A stretch of DNA of 64,000 nt from Acidobacteriota bacterium (GTDB taxonomy: Bacteria > Acidobacteriota > Thermoanaerobaculia > UBA5066 > Gp7-AA6), in contig JBDTOO010000004.1 in assembly GCA_039933215.1 (NCBI GenBank), forward strand, positions 5,844-69,843, written 5' to 3'. The notes under the pieces are model-generated. The model was not told the origin of the DNA. It did no database searches and saw nothing but the letters and a program-made list of their open reading frames with translations. Shown piece after piece: positions 30,096-41,500 of this stretch. A program made the position numbers and the translations under genes. The first letter of the stretch is position 1; the number at the start of each line of letters is the position of its first letter.

Positions 30096-31424
30096 ATGTC
30101 CCTGGACGGATCGCGCATCGCCGGCTGGATCGAGCCGCTCGCCAAGAGGCCGGGCGAAATCGTCGAGGTTTTCGGCGAACGGCGGCGGGAGGCGGTCCTG
30201 GAGCTCGCCGACGGAGAGATCGTCGGGGCAGGAACCACCGCCGTTGCGGGCGTCTCCGCCCGGTGGGCGCTCGGTCCGGACGAGATTCTGACGTCGGTGT
30301 CGAGACTGGACGAGCCGTCCGCCCGCGAGGCGGTGAGGCTTCTCCAGACCTCTCTCGGCCGGTCCCCCCTTCCTGCGAGATCCGGGTTGCCGCCCGCCCT
30401 GGCGGACGAGGCCGCGGAGCTCGAGGCCGACCGTTGGAGCCGCCGGTTGGTTGCAAGCGTCGCGCGCCACGCGCCGCGCCATCGCCTTCGGTGGAGCCTG
30501 ATCGAGATCGCCCGGCAGGTGATTCCCGCCCGGGGAGCGGAGGCTTCGCACACGCGCCGTCTCGTTTCCCTTGAAGGGACGATCACCGCCGCTTCCCGCC
30601 GCGGCGACGAGACGCGCGGCTTCTGTTTCCATGCGCCGGACGCCGATTCCACGCCGGACGAGCTGCGGACGGCCCTCCTCCGGGCCGCGGAGCCGCGAGA
30701 CGCCCCCGTGCCGTGCGGCGACGGAGCGACAGACATCCTCCTCGCGGACGGCTGTGCGGCGATGCTCTTTCACGAGATCCTTTCGCATCCGCTCGAAGCA
30801 GGCGAGACGTCTCCGCTCTCCTCGCTCGAACAGGCCCGCGTGGCGGTGACCGAGCTCGACGTCCGGGACGATCCGTCGAGGCTCGACCTCTTCGGAGGCT
30901 ACGAACGGGACGACGAAGGCGTGAAGCCGCGCGCCGTGAAGCTTTTGGACGGCGGGCGGCTGGCCGGCCGGCTGACCGATCTCGCGCACGCGCAGAGCTC
31001 GTTCGGAGGATCGAACGGCCACGGCCGCCGCTCGAGCGCTTCCGATTCCCCGCTGCCGCGCGGCTCGAACGTCGTCGTCGCGCCGGGACACGCGACCACG
31101 GACGAGATGATCCGCCGCGCAGGCAACGGCCTCTGGATCGGAGAGCTCGCGAGCGGCTCGATCGAGCTCGCGAGCGGCCGCTTCCGCGTCCATTTTCCTC
31201 GGGCGCGGAGGATCCGGCGGGGACGGCTCGCGGACGAGTGCGGCCCGGGCGTGATCTCCGGCGACATCCTCACCACCCTGAAGGCGGTCGAGGCCGGAAT
31301 CGGCCGGGAAGTCCATTCCTATCGCCCCCTCGGCTGGTGCTCCCGCGGAGCCCAGGTCGTGCCCGTTCAGGGCGCCGCGCCGGACGTCATCCTGCGCGCG
31401 GCGGCCATTCGGTCGACCTCTTGA
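30096..31424 (+). CDS. TldD/PmbA-family (peptidase U62) protein, TldD-like
   Basis: HEILSHPLE metal-binding motif in the TldD position. 442 aa. Confidence 0.7.
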   Translation: MSLDGSRIAGWIEPLAKRPGEIVEVFGERRREAVLELADGEIVGAGTTAVAGVSARWALGPDEILTSVSRLDEPSAREAVRLLQTSLGRSPLPARSGLPPALADEAAELEADRWSRRLVASVARHAPRHRLRWSLIEIARQVIPARGAEASHTRRLVSLEGTITAASRRGDETRGFCFHAPDADSTPDELRTALLRAAEPRDAPVPCGDGATDILLADGCAAMLFHEILSHPLEAGETSPLSSLEQARVAVTELDVRDDPSRLDLFGGYERDDEGVKPRAVKLLDGGRLAGRLTDLAHAQSSFGGSNGHGRRSSASDSPLPRGSNVVVAPGHATTDEMIRRAGNGLWIGELASGSIELASGRFRVHFPRARRIRRGRLADECGPGVISGDILTTLKAVEAGIGREVHSYRPLGWCSRGAQVVPVQGAAPDVILRAAAIRSTS

Positions 31425-32674
31425 ACGAATCGGATCTCCGCGCGGAGCTCGAGCGGCGGGCTCCGGCCAACTGGGATCTCTACTGGAAGCGCGCCGAGTC
31501 GCGCGAGACCACCTGGGCCGGCGCGGCACGGCACTCGGCGTCGCGGTCCGAGGAGGGGTGGGCGGCGAGATGGTGGGAGGGCGATTCTCCACGGTTCGCC
31601 GCCGCGTCCAGCGCCGAGGACCTCACGCGGCAGATCCGCGCCGCGGCGCGCCTTCCCGTGCGTGCGGCGCCCGCCCCGGCGTGGCCGGCCGGGAAGAGTC
31701 CCGTCCTCGACGCTCCTCCCGCCGTCGAGGCCCCTCCCGACCTGTTCGAGCCCCTCGGACGCCTCCTGGCGGCGGAGTCCCGCGGGGACGCCGTCCTCGC
31801 CGGTCTCTCCGTGCGACGGGGCGCGAGGACCGAGCGCATCTGGAACGGCCGGGGAGCCGACGTCTCGCTGCGCGCGGAAATCCTGGAGGGAATGGCCCAC
31901 GCCATCGGCCGCCGCGACGGAAATGCCTGCGAGGCCCGGGCCCTCTTTCGCTGGGACGAAGAGCCCGCGCTCGAGCCGCTCGCGCGGAGGCTGTCGGATC
32001 GCGCCACGCTCCCTCTGTCCGACCGCGGGACGCCGCTCGCGCACGGGGAGTGGCTGCTCGACCCCGCGGTCGGCGCCGCGCTGCTCGCGGCCATCGCGCC
32101 TCTCTTCACGGCCCGAACCCTGCCCGCATGGGTGCAGCGGGCGCAGCTCTTCGCTCCGGGCGTGACTGTCGTCGACGACGCGGCCGCCGACGCGCCCTTC
32201 GACGGCGAGGCGACGCCGACGCGGCGCATCGTGCTCGTCGACCAGGGAGGCCTGCGAGCCCGATTGCACGATCTGCGTTCGGCGCGCGACAGCGGTGCCG
32301 CACCGACCGGGCACGGGGTCCGCGTCTCCTTCCGGACCCCGCCCGCCGCCGGACCCCGCCGCCTGTTCTTCGAGACCTCGCGCGGCGCCGCGCCGAGGGA
32401 GCTTCTGGCCGCCGTGCGGCGCGGCCTTTTCGCCTCGGCGCTCACGGCGCCGGTACGCATCGACGTCGAGCGCGACCGGTTCGAGATCGAGTTCACCGGC
32501 ATTTCCGTCGTCGCGGGACACGCCCAGGGCCCCGTAGCGGGCGCGCGCGCGAAAGGACGGCTCTCTCAACTTCTCCGGCGAATCTCCGCCGTGTCCACCG
32601 ACCGCCAGTTCTTTCCCTCGCCCTACCCGACGGGCTCGCCGACGCTCTGGATCGACCGCGCCGAGTTCGACTAA
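31421..32674 (+). CDS. TldD/PmbA-family protein, PmbA/TldE-like partner subunit; TTG start overlapping the upstream stop (TTGA)
   Basis: Reads in a different frame from the upstream gene. C-terminal region resembles PmbA. Start inferred from the overlap pattern. Confidence 0.55.
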   Translation: MNESDLRAELERRAPANWDLYWKRAESRETTWAGAARHSASRSEEGWAARWWEGDSPRFAAASSAEDLTRQIRAAARLPVRAAPAPAWPAGKSPVLDAPPAVEAPPDLFEPLGRLLAAESRGDAVLAGLSVRRGARTERIWNGRGADVSLRAEILEGMAHAIGRRDGNACEARALFRWDEEPALEPLARRLSDRATLPLSDRGTPLAHGEWLLDPAVGAALLAAIAPLFTARTLPAWVQRAQLFAPGVTVVDDAAADAPFDGEATPTRRIVLVDQGGLRARLHDLRSARDSGAAPTGHGVRVSFRTPPAAGPRRLFFETSRGAAPRELLAAVRRGLFASALTAPVRIDVERDRFEIEFTGISVVAGHAQGPVAGARAKGRLSQLLRRISAVSTDRQFFPSPYPTGSPTLWIDRAEFD

Positions 32675-32841
32675 CGGCGCCCCGCGCGGAGCGCGGAAAG
32701 GACGCCGCGTCGTATTCGGGCGGGCGCGCCCCACGCGCGCCCGAATACGCTCAAAGGTAGCGCCGCAGACATGACCAGGACACGCTGCTCGCCGCGCCCC
32801 GCGCGCAGCGCGCGTCGCATTCTGGCGCGCGCGGCTTCATG

Positions 32842-33840
32842 CTACTGCGGCGGAGGCGGTGGCGGAGGCGTCGGCTGCGGAGGCTTCGGCCGCAGCCCGA
32901 GCGGATCGTACGCGTCGGGGGGTCGGGGCGTCGTTCCGGGAGGCGGCGGGGGCGCGGCCTCTTCCGGAATCGGCGGCGAGGAGGGAGGGCCCGGCTCGGC
33001 CGACGAAGGGGCGGGCGCGGGAGACGCCGGCGCGGGAACGATGTAGGCCGGGCCGAGGTCCTGCGGGCGGATCTCGCGCGGTCCGGGCGCGATCGGGACG
33101 GGCCCGGTCGCCGGACGCGGCTCGCTCGCCCGGCTGCGGTCCACGGGCTCCGGAGCCGTCGGATCGGCGACCTCGTCGCTCCAGACCGGGCGGTCGACGG
33201 GAGCCCGCCGGTAGGAAGCGAGCGCGGGATCCGCGAACACCCCCTGCGCGGAGAGCGAGGCGCGGGCCATGTCCTTCTCGTAGTTGACGAGCGAGACCCG
33301 CGCGAGAAGCTGCGTGTCCGCGACCAGAGGGTTTCGGCGCACGTCCCGCATCGACGGGTCGATCTGGAGTGCGCGGGCGTATTGCTCGATCGCGTCGCTC
33401 ATCCGCCCCCGCTTCTCGTAGAGCCGGCCGAGGCGGAAACGCGCGGCCGGAAAGCCGCGGTTCCGATCAACCGACCGCTCGTAGGCGCGGATCGCGCGCC
33501 CCGTCTGCCCCTCCGTCTCGGCGAGGAGGCCGAGATTGTAGGGAGCGAGAGAGCTCTTCGGATCGAGCTTCATCGCGATCTCATACTGTTCGCGCGCCTC
33601 CCTGGGGAAGCGCCGCGCGGCGAGGAGATTTCCGAAGTCGTTGTGAAGGGCCGGCGAGCCCGGATCGGCCTCGACCTTCTTCTCCTGCTCGAGAATGCGA
33701 TCGTCGAGCGGATTGCCCGGCGCGAGGAACCGGCGGTAGAACGGCTCCTCGGGAGCCTTGTCCTTGCGCTCGGCGGCACCGGCCGCCGGGGAGATCGTCG
33801 CCGCCGCGATCCACAGGAGAGCCGTCGCGAGTCTCTTCAT
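32842..33840 (-). CDS. secreted TPR-repeat protein with a Pro-rich C-terminal tail
   Basis: Signal peptide. Several TPR-like helix pairs. The C-terminal roughly 90 aa is a P/A/S-rich low-complexity tract. Confidence 0.6.
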   Translation of the reverse strand: MKRLATALLWIAAATISPAAGAAERKDKAPEEPFYRRFLAPGNPLDDRILEQEKKVEADPGSPALHNDFGNLLAARRFPREAREQYEIAMKLDPKSSLAPYNLGLLAETEGQTGRAIRAYERSVDRNRGFPAARFRLGRLYEKRGRMSDAIEQYARALQIDPSMRDVRRNPLVADTQLLARVSLVNYEKDMARASLSAQGVFADPALASYRRAPVDRPVWSDEVADPTAPEPVDRSRASEPRPATGPVPIAPGPREIRPQDLGPAYIVPAPASPAPAPSSAEPGPPSSPPIPEEAAPPPPPGTTPRPPDAYDPLGLRPKPPQPTPPPPPPPQ

Positions 33841-33862
33841 GGTTTCTCCGCCCCTTCGGGCA

Positions 33863-34459
33863 TCACGATTTCCGCCTCGCCACGAGCTTGACCTTTCCGT
33901 CGCGCTCGGCGACGTCGAACTCCACGTCGGCCCCGCCGAACCGCTCTCGAAGCCGTTCCGTCTCCTTGCGCAGGTTGTCGGCGAAGCGCTCGAAATCCAG
34001 GCCGGCGGCCGGCTCCCCCCGGGCGACTTTCGCCGCGACGAACTTCTCGTAGAGATCCCGTTCCCGAACCGGCGCGGGAGCCTCGTCCCGTCTTACGGAG
34101 GCGGGGCGCTCCGCGTTGGCCTGGTCCGGCGCCGCGGGACCGGGGGCCGGGCTGCCCTCCGGATCGTGGGCGGGCCGGAAGTGGCCGTACAGCCCGGGGC
34201 GCCGGCCGGCCTCCTTTTCGGCCTGAAGGCGCTCCCAGCGCTCCCCGAGCGCGTTCCAGCGACCCTGCAGGGTCGAGAACCGGTATCGGTCGGCGGCGGA
34301 ATCGGCGTCGCGGCCTCCCAGGCTTCGCATCATCCGCTCGACGTTGCGGCGGCTCTCGACGGGAGGGCGCGCCCCGGTGCCGTAGAGAAAGGCGTCGTAC
34401 TCGACGGAGACGGCCGCGATGGCCCGCTCGAGCGCCTGCAGATCCCGCTCCCACGTCAT
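33863..34459 (-). CDS. hypothetical protein (198 aa)
   Basis: ATG at 34459. Non-repetitive composition. The longer ORF-track version, with its Arg-rich N-terminus, was rejected. Confidence 0.4.
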   Translation of the reverse strand: MTWERDLQALERAIAAVSVEYDAFLYGTGARPPVESRRNVERMMRSLGGRDADSAADRYRFSTLQGRWNALGERWERLQAEKEAGRRPGLYGHFRPAHDPEGSPAPGPAAPDQANAERPASVRRDEAPAPVRERDLYEKFVAAKVARGEPAAGLDFERFADNLRKETERLRERFGGADVEFDVAERDGKVKLVARRKS

Positions 34460-34582
34460 GGACCTATAGTACCGGGCGTGCGGCCGTCGGGTGGCGATCG
34501 AAGCGGACCAAACGGGAGCCCGGGGGCGCCGGAACCGGTTCTGGCCGGCGCGGCCGCCTCGCCCCGGCGCGTGCCGCCGTCG

Positions 34583-35902
34583 ATGGACTCCCTCCTTTCG
34601 GATCCCGCGGCGGCCGGGCTCCTGGAACGATTCGGACGGGAGGCCGTGAAGGAAGCCTTCCGCGGAGCGATCGCCGGGGGCGCCGCCGACCCCGCGGAGA
34701 TTCTGGCCGGCGGCGAGGGGACCCTGCGGGAGCGGTTCACCCCGAGCCTCCGGACCGCCATCAACGCCACGGGCGTCCTTCTCCACACGAATCTCGGCCG
34801 GGCGCCGCTTTCCGAGGAGGCGCGGGCGGCCGTCGCGGCGGCCGCTGGCGGCTACTCGACGCTCGAATACGACCGGGCGACCGGCGAGCGCGGGCGGCGG
34901 CAGGACCACGTGCGCGCGGCCGCGTGCGCGCTCTTCGGCTGCGAGGACTCTTTCGCCGTCAACAACAACGCCGCGGCGGTTTTCCTCGCGCTCTCCGCGC
35001 TGGCTGGGGGACGGCGCGTGCTGATCTCACGGGGAGAGCTCGTGGCGATCGGAGGCTCGTTCCAGATCCCGGCGATCCTCGAGGCGAGCGGCGCCCGCCT
35101 CGCCGAGGTGGGAACGACGAACCGAACGACGATCGAGGATTACCGCCGGGCATTAACTCCCGACGTGGCCCTCCTCCTGACCGTGCATCCGTCGAACTAC
35201 GAGATCCGGGGGTTCACGGCCCGGCCGGATCCCGCGGAACTTTCCAAACTCTCCCGGGAGGCGGGGATCCCGTGGCTCCATGACCAGGGGACCGGATGCG
35301 TCGCGGATCTCTCGGACTTCGGCGTCCCCGACGAGCCGACGGTCGCCGGGTGCCTCCGTGCCGGGGCCGACGTCGTCACCTTCTCGGGCGACAAGCTCTT
35401 CGGCGGCCCTCAGGCGGGAATCGTCGTCGGCCGCGGCGACGCCGTCGCGAGGCTCGCCCGCCACCCCGTGGCTCGCGTCGTGCGGCCCGACAAGCTCACG
35501 CTCGCGGCGCTCGGCGCGACGCTCGCCGCTTGGCAGACGGGAGCCTGGCGGCGGATGCCCATATACCGCGCGGCCGCCGCGCCCATCGCGGATCTCGAGC
35601 GGCGCGGCGAGGCGATCCGCGCGCGGACCGAAGGGTCCGGGGTGCGGGTCGGCGTGGTCGAATCGCTCGCGCTCTTCGGCGGCGGGACGAGCCCGGAAAA
35701 GCGGTTCGCGTCGCGCGCGCTCTCGGTCGAGCGGCCCGGAAGGTCCGCGGACCGGCTCGCGAGAGACCTGCGCGCGCGCGACATCCCGCTCGTCGGACGC
35801 GTCGAGGATGATCGTCTGCTCCTCGACCTGCGATCGATCGCGCCGGAGGAAGACGGCCTCGTGGTCTCCGCGCTCGCGAGCCTCGGCGCGGCGTCCGCAT
35901 GA
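34583..35902 (+). CDS. selA: L-seryl-tRNA(Sec) selenium transferase
   Basis: 440 aa. PLP-fold with a SelA-like block SRGELVAIGGSFQIP and a Lys-containing FSGDKLFGGPQAG motif. Confidence 0.8.
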   Translation: MDSLLSDPAAAGLLERFGREAVKEAFRGAIAGGAADPAEILAGGEGTLRERFTPSLRTAINATGVLLHTNLGRAPLSEEARAAVAAAAGGYSTLEYDRATGERGRRQDHVRAAACALFGCEDSFAVNNNAAAVFLALSALAGGRRVLISRGELVAIGGSFQIPAILEASGARLAEVGTTNRTTIEDYRRALTPDVALLLTVHPSNYEIRGFTARPDPAELSKLSREAGIPWLHDQGTGCVADLSDFGVPDEPTVAGCLRAGADVVTFSGDKLFGGPQAGIVVGRGDAVARLARHPVARVVRPDKLTLAALGATLAAWQTGAWRRMPIYRAAAAPIADLERRGEAIRARTEGSGVRVGVVESLALFGGGTSPEKRFASRALSVERPGRSADRLARDLRARDIPLVGRVEDDRLLLDLRSIAPEEDGLVVSALASLGAASA

Positions 35903-36132
35903 GACAATGGCGCATGTCCCGACGACGGCGCGGCGCGCTTCTCTGTGCCGGCATTCTGGCGTTCGCCCTGCCGGTCCTGCCCGGCTGCCGGAGGAAATCG
36001 ACGCCCCCCTCCGCGGCCGAGCCGGCGAAGGCGACGCCCGTGCCGATGGTCCGCTTCACGCCGATGCCGCCGCCGCCGACTCCCACGCTGCGCCCCGGAG
36101 TTCCGACGCGGCTTCCCTCCCTGCCCGACTGA
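35899..36132 (+). CDS. small putative lipoprotein (77 aa)
   Basis: ATGA overlap with the selA stop. Signal peptide ending in an LPGC lipobox. The C-terminus is Pro-rich. Confidence 0.3.
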   Translation: MRQWRMSRRRRGALLCAGILAFALPVLPGCRRKSTPPSAAEPAKATPVPMVRFTPMPPPPTPTLRPGVPTRLPSLPD

Positions 36133-36182
36133 CGAGCCGGGCGCCCGGCGTCCGGCATCCTTCCAGGCCCCGCGGACGCCGC

Positions 36183-37550
<1,368 letters not shown>

Positions 37551-37640
37551 GGGAGGGTTCCCTACAGGGTACGGCGTCGGCGGGAGAACGCAAGGGCCGC
37601 CCTTTCGGACGGCCCTTCGGAACTCGAGCGGCGACGCGGC

Positions 37641-38564
37641 TTACTGGGGAGGCTTCGGCTGCAGGTCCGGGTTCGCCGCTCCCGGAATGTACCCGGACTT
37701 GCCGTCCGCGGGAGCGGTGGACGGGGCGGACCCGGCGGGCGCCGCGTAGAGGCTCCCCTGGCCGTACGGAGTCGGCCGAGGGGCCGGAGGGGAGCTCGCG
37801 GGCGCCGGAGCCGTGGCGGGAGCACCGGAGGCTCCGGCCGAAGCGGCGGCCGAGGCGGCGGCCGCCGCGGCGACGGCCGCGGGCGGAGCGGCTGCCGGCG
37901 GTGCGCTCCAGGTGGGCGTGAATCGGAAGTGGTTGATCGTCTTGTCGCCGACCGGGAGGGTGACGGTGAAATTGGCGGACTGGCCGCCTTCGATCGTGCC
38001 GCCGGCCATGATCGCGTTCGCGCTCGTGACGGCGTTTCCGGCTTCGTCGATCCCGCTCACCGTCATGCGGGTGCCGGTCACGGTCTCCGTGCCGGTATTC
38101 ACGACATTGCCCGTGAGAAGAAGGTTCGTCCCCGCTTTCTGCTGCTTGTAGTCCCCGACCTCGACGCGCGCGGGACCCGCCTTCGCTCCGTTGGTCTTGT
38201 CGACCTCGTCGACCGGGATCATCGAGGAATGTCCGACGTCCGCGTCGGTCACGCGGACCCTGGCCCTGGGCTCCCGGCCGGAGCGCACGGCGTCGGCGGG
38301 CGTCGAAGGCGGAGCGACGACGGCCGGGCGGGCCGCCACCGGCCCGCTCGACCGCGCGGCCGCGGTCGCCCGGGTGTCGATCTCGGTCACCGGCACCGAG
38401 AGGAGCGTCCCGTCGGCCCGGGTCAGGATGGCGTTGCTCCCCTGCTGGACCCACGGCTGCTTCAAGTCGATGCGCGAGCCTCCCCGCAGGACGACGACGT
38501 CCGAAGCGAGCGCGAGGCCGGCGGCCAGGAAGAGACCGGTTCCGACGGATCGAATGTGGCTCAT
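37641..38564 (-). CDS. secreted hypothetical protein with an Ala/Pro-rich C-terminus, last gene of the minor-pilin/pilY1 operon
   Basis: Signal peptide. ATGA overlap with the pilY1 stop. Confidence 0.5.
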   Translation of the reverse strand: MSHIRSVGTGLFLAAGLALASDVVVLRGGSRIDLKQPWVQQGSNAILTRADGTLLSVPVTEIDTRATAAARSSGPVAARPAVVAPPSTPADAVRSGREPRARVRVTDADVGHSSMIPVDEVDKTNGAKAGPARVEVGDYKQQKAGTNLLLTGNVVNTGTETVTGTRMTVSGIDEAGNAVTSANAIMAGGTIEGGQSANFTVTLPVGDKTINHFRFTPTWSAPPAAAPPAAVAAAAAASAAASAGASGAPATAPAPASSPPAPRPTPYGQGSLYAAPAGSAPSTAPADGKSGYIPGAANPDLQPKPPQ

Positions 38565-41500
38565 TGCTGCTGCTCTTTCCAGTTCTGACGGTTCTGCTTG
38601 CCGTCGAGATTATCCGTATTCTCGTCCAGCTTGCCGGTGGTGTGCGAGTACGTCGTGTGACTCTTCTGATCCGAACCGATCGTGTTCGCGGCGCTGACGA
38701 CGCCCGTCCCCATGTCCGACCGGTAGTCGGCGTACGTCAGGGTCGGGGAGGTCGTCGGATCGTAGAGCGGCGCTCCGTTCCGGTAGAAGAACCGGTACTG
38801 GAAGGAGTTGCCGTCGGTCGCGCACGGATTGGACACCGGCGAGAACGTGAGGACGGAGAGGTATCCATTCACCGCGATGACCGAGGACGTGGCCTTCTCG
38901 TCCTGCGTCTCGAAGTCGAGGTAACCCCCGAGCGAGAAGTCCGGCGGATTGGCGACCGTCGGGTTGATCGAGGTCAGGTCGGTGTCGTGAAGGGTCGTGA
39001 CCGCGCCGTCGTCGATCATGAAGAACAGCCGGTTGACCGAGGGATTCGGCGTCTTCAGGAGGTCGGAGCGGTCCCCCGTGCCCCAGGCGACGCCGAGAGT
39101 CGGCCGCGCGCCGCCGTTCAAGTAGATGAGCGTCGGCTCGAGGAAGATCGGCTGGTTCGGCTGCGTCGTTGACGTCGAGGCGTCGAACCGGAGGATCGGC
39201 TGCCAGTTGGTGATCATGTTCGAGACGATGAGCCCCTTCTTCGGCGTCGACGCGGCGTCGGCGGTCAGGTCGAGGCGCCACATGCGGCCGTTCACGTCGC
39301 CCATGTAGACCACATCGAGATACCCGTCGTCGTCGTAGTCGGCGACGGCCGGCGGCGCCGGCATCGGAGCGAAGTCCGACGCGCCCGTCCCGCTGTCGTC
39401 ACCCGACGTCGCCTTGTAGATGATCTTGCCGGTCTCGATGTCGAGGACGTAGATCGCCCGGCCCTTGGTCGCGTTGACGCCGGACGTCACGATCGGGTCT
39501 CCCGGCTTGAACGAGGGATCGTTGCCGCCGCCGAAGATCGCGACGTAGCGGTCTTCGTAGGCCGCTCCGACGACCACCTTGATCCGGCCGATGACCGGAG
39601 TGGACCACGTCTCGCCCATCGCCGGCAGGCCCAGGCAGGTGCCGGGGCTGACCGCGCAGTCGTCCATGACCTCCCAGAGAACGTTGGGGTAGATGCTGGG
39701 GCAGGAACCGCCGCCGTTCAGGCAGTCGGGTACGGTGTGCTTGCCGGCCGTCTTCACGCCGTAGGTCGACGAAGCGACGACGGTGTCGACCCGGTCCGGC
39801 TGGGTCACGTCGAGCCCGAAGACGGCGTTGCCGCCCTGGCGCAGCGTACCGACCAGGACCGTCCGCCAGGCCCGGTTCCCGTTCACCGGGGCCCCCGAGT
39901 GGTTCGTGTCGATGAACACGTCGCCGAGCGAGACCGAGCCGTCCACGAGGTAGCGGGGCTGCGGCGGGAAATTCAGGAGCTTCGTCTCGGACTTCATGAC
40001 CGCGCGGGGCTGGTACGCGAAGATCTCGCGCCCCGTGCCGAGGTCGAACGTGCCGGAGAAGACTCCGGGGTCGCGGCCCCACACGCCCGCGTCGAAGGCG
40101 TGGAGGAATCCGTCGTTCGAGCCCACGAAGACCACCTTGCGGCGCTTCTCGTGGAAGGTCGCGAACGTCGGGTAGGCGTTCAGGCTGCCCGAAAGATACG
40201 GGTATTTATGCGGAGGCTCGAGCACGAGCGGCTCGGAGTGGAAGATGTCGCCGAGCTTGTGCCCGTAGCCAGGGATCCCCGCGCCCGCCGAGGGAGGAGC
40301 CGGATCGGTCGGAATCTGCGGCGCGACGCCGGGGGCCGGAATGTTGTCGCGGTAGTAGTACGAGTAGAAGTTCTGCTGTCCGGCGGCCGGTCCGATGGCG
40401 GCGCCGATCGGCTTGACGCCCGGCAGATTCAGGATCTCGTCCCGGTTTCCGTTCGTCGACATGCCGCCCCGGAGGAACGCCACGAGGCGCTGCGCCTTGA
40501 CGTCGTCCGTCCCCGGAGTCAGGCCCATGTTCGTCATGAGGGTGGTGAAGCAGCCGCCGGTGCAGGAGCCGGTGTTCGGCAGGAACTCCCTGCGCACGAG
40601 AGGCACCGTCGGCGCTGCGCCGTCGGACCAGATCATCTTCCGGCCCGGCCACACCTTCAGGGGGCCCGCGTTAGCGGCTGTGTACGGAGCGCTCGGAGCC
40701 GCTTCGTTCTCGGAGCCGTTGCCCGTCAGGGTCGCCACGGGGTCCGTGTAGCCGAGGACGCGAGCCGCGTTCCAGGCGGGGAACCTGAGATCCGGATTCG
40801 CGTTGTCCGGGTCGGTCTCGTCCGGGAACCCGCCGCGCACGGGGCCGGCCGGGGTGGGCGTCGGCGTGGGACCGCCCGCGGTCGGCACCGGCGCGATGCC
40901 GGCCACGAGCGGGATGAAGCCGATGGAGTCGAGCTTGTAAGCCTTGAGCGAGCCGCTCCAGATGGACCACTGCGACGCGACGTCGTTGCCGCTGGAGTCC
41001 TTGCTGTCGTGGCTGGGGATGACGGCTCCGAGGATGCCCGTTTCTCCGAAGCCCGTCGACACCGCGGGAACCGAAGGAGCCGCGATGACGTTCGAGGTGC
41101 GTCTGAAGTCGATGATCGTCTGAAGGGCCGCCAGGATGGCGGCGCGGTTGTCCGCCGGATAAACCAGGCCTCCGCTGTTGTCCGCGATGCACTTCAGGCG
41201 GGGATCCGCCGGGTTCGTGTTCATCGCGATGACGTTGACCGGCACGCCCTTGACCTTGATCGAGAGGTCCGCGGCGGCCGCGAGGGCGCGGGCTCCGGAC
41301 GGGGATTCCGGAAGCAGAAGCTCCCCGAGGTCGCCGGCCGGGCCCTTGCCGGTCGGTCCGCCGACGCACGGGTTGGAGAAGCACTCGTCGAGGCCGTCCG
41401 TCAGGAAGACGACGATGTACTTGCGGCAGTTGATGCTCGGATCGTCCGTCTGCGGGAAGACGCTGTTGACGAGGTAGTTGTAGACGTCGTGCAGTGATCC

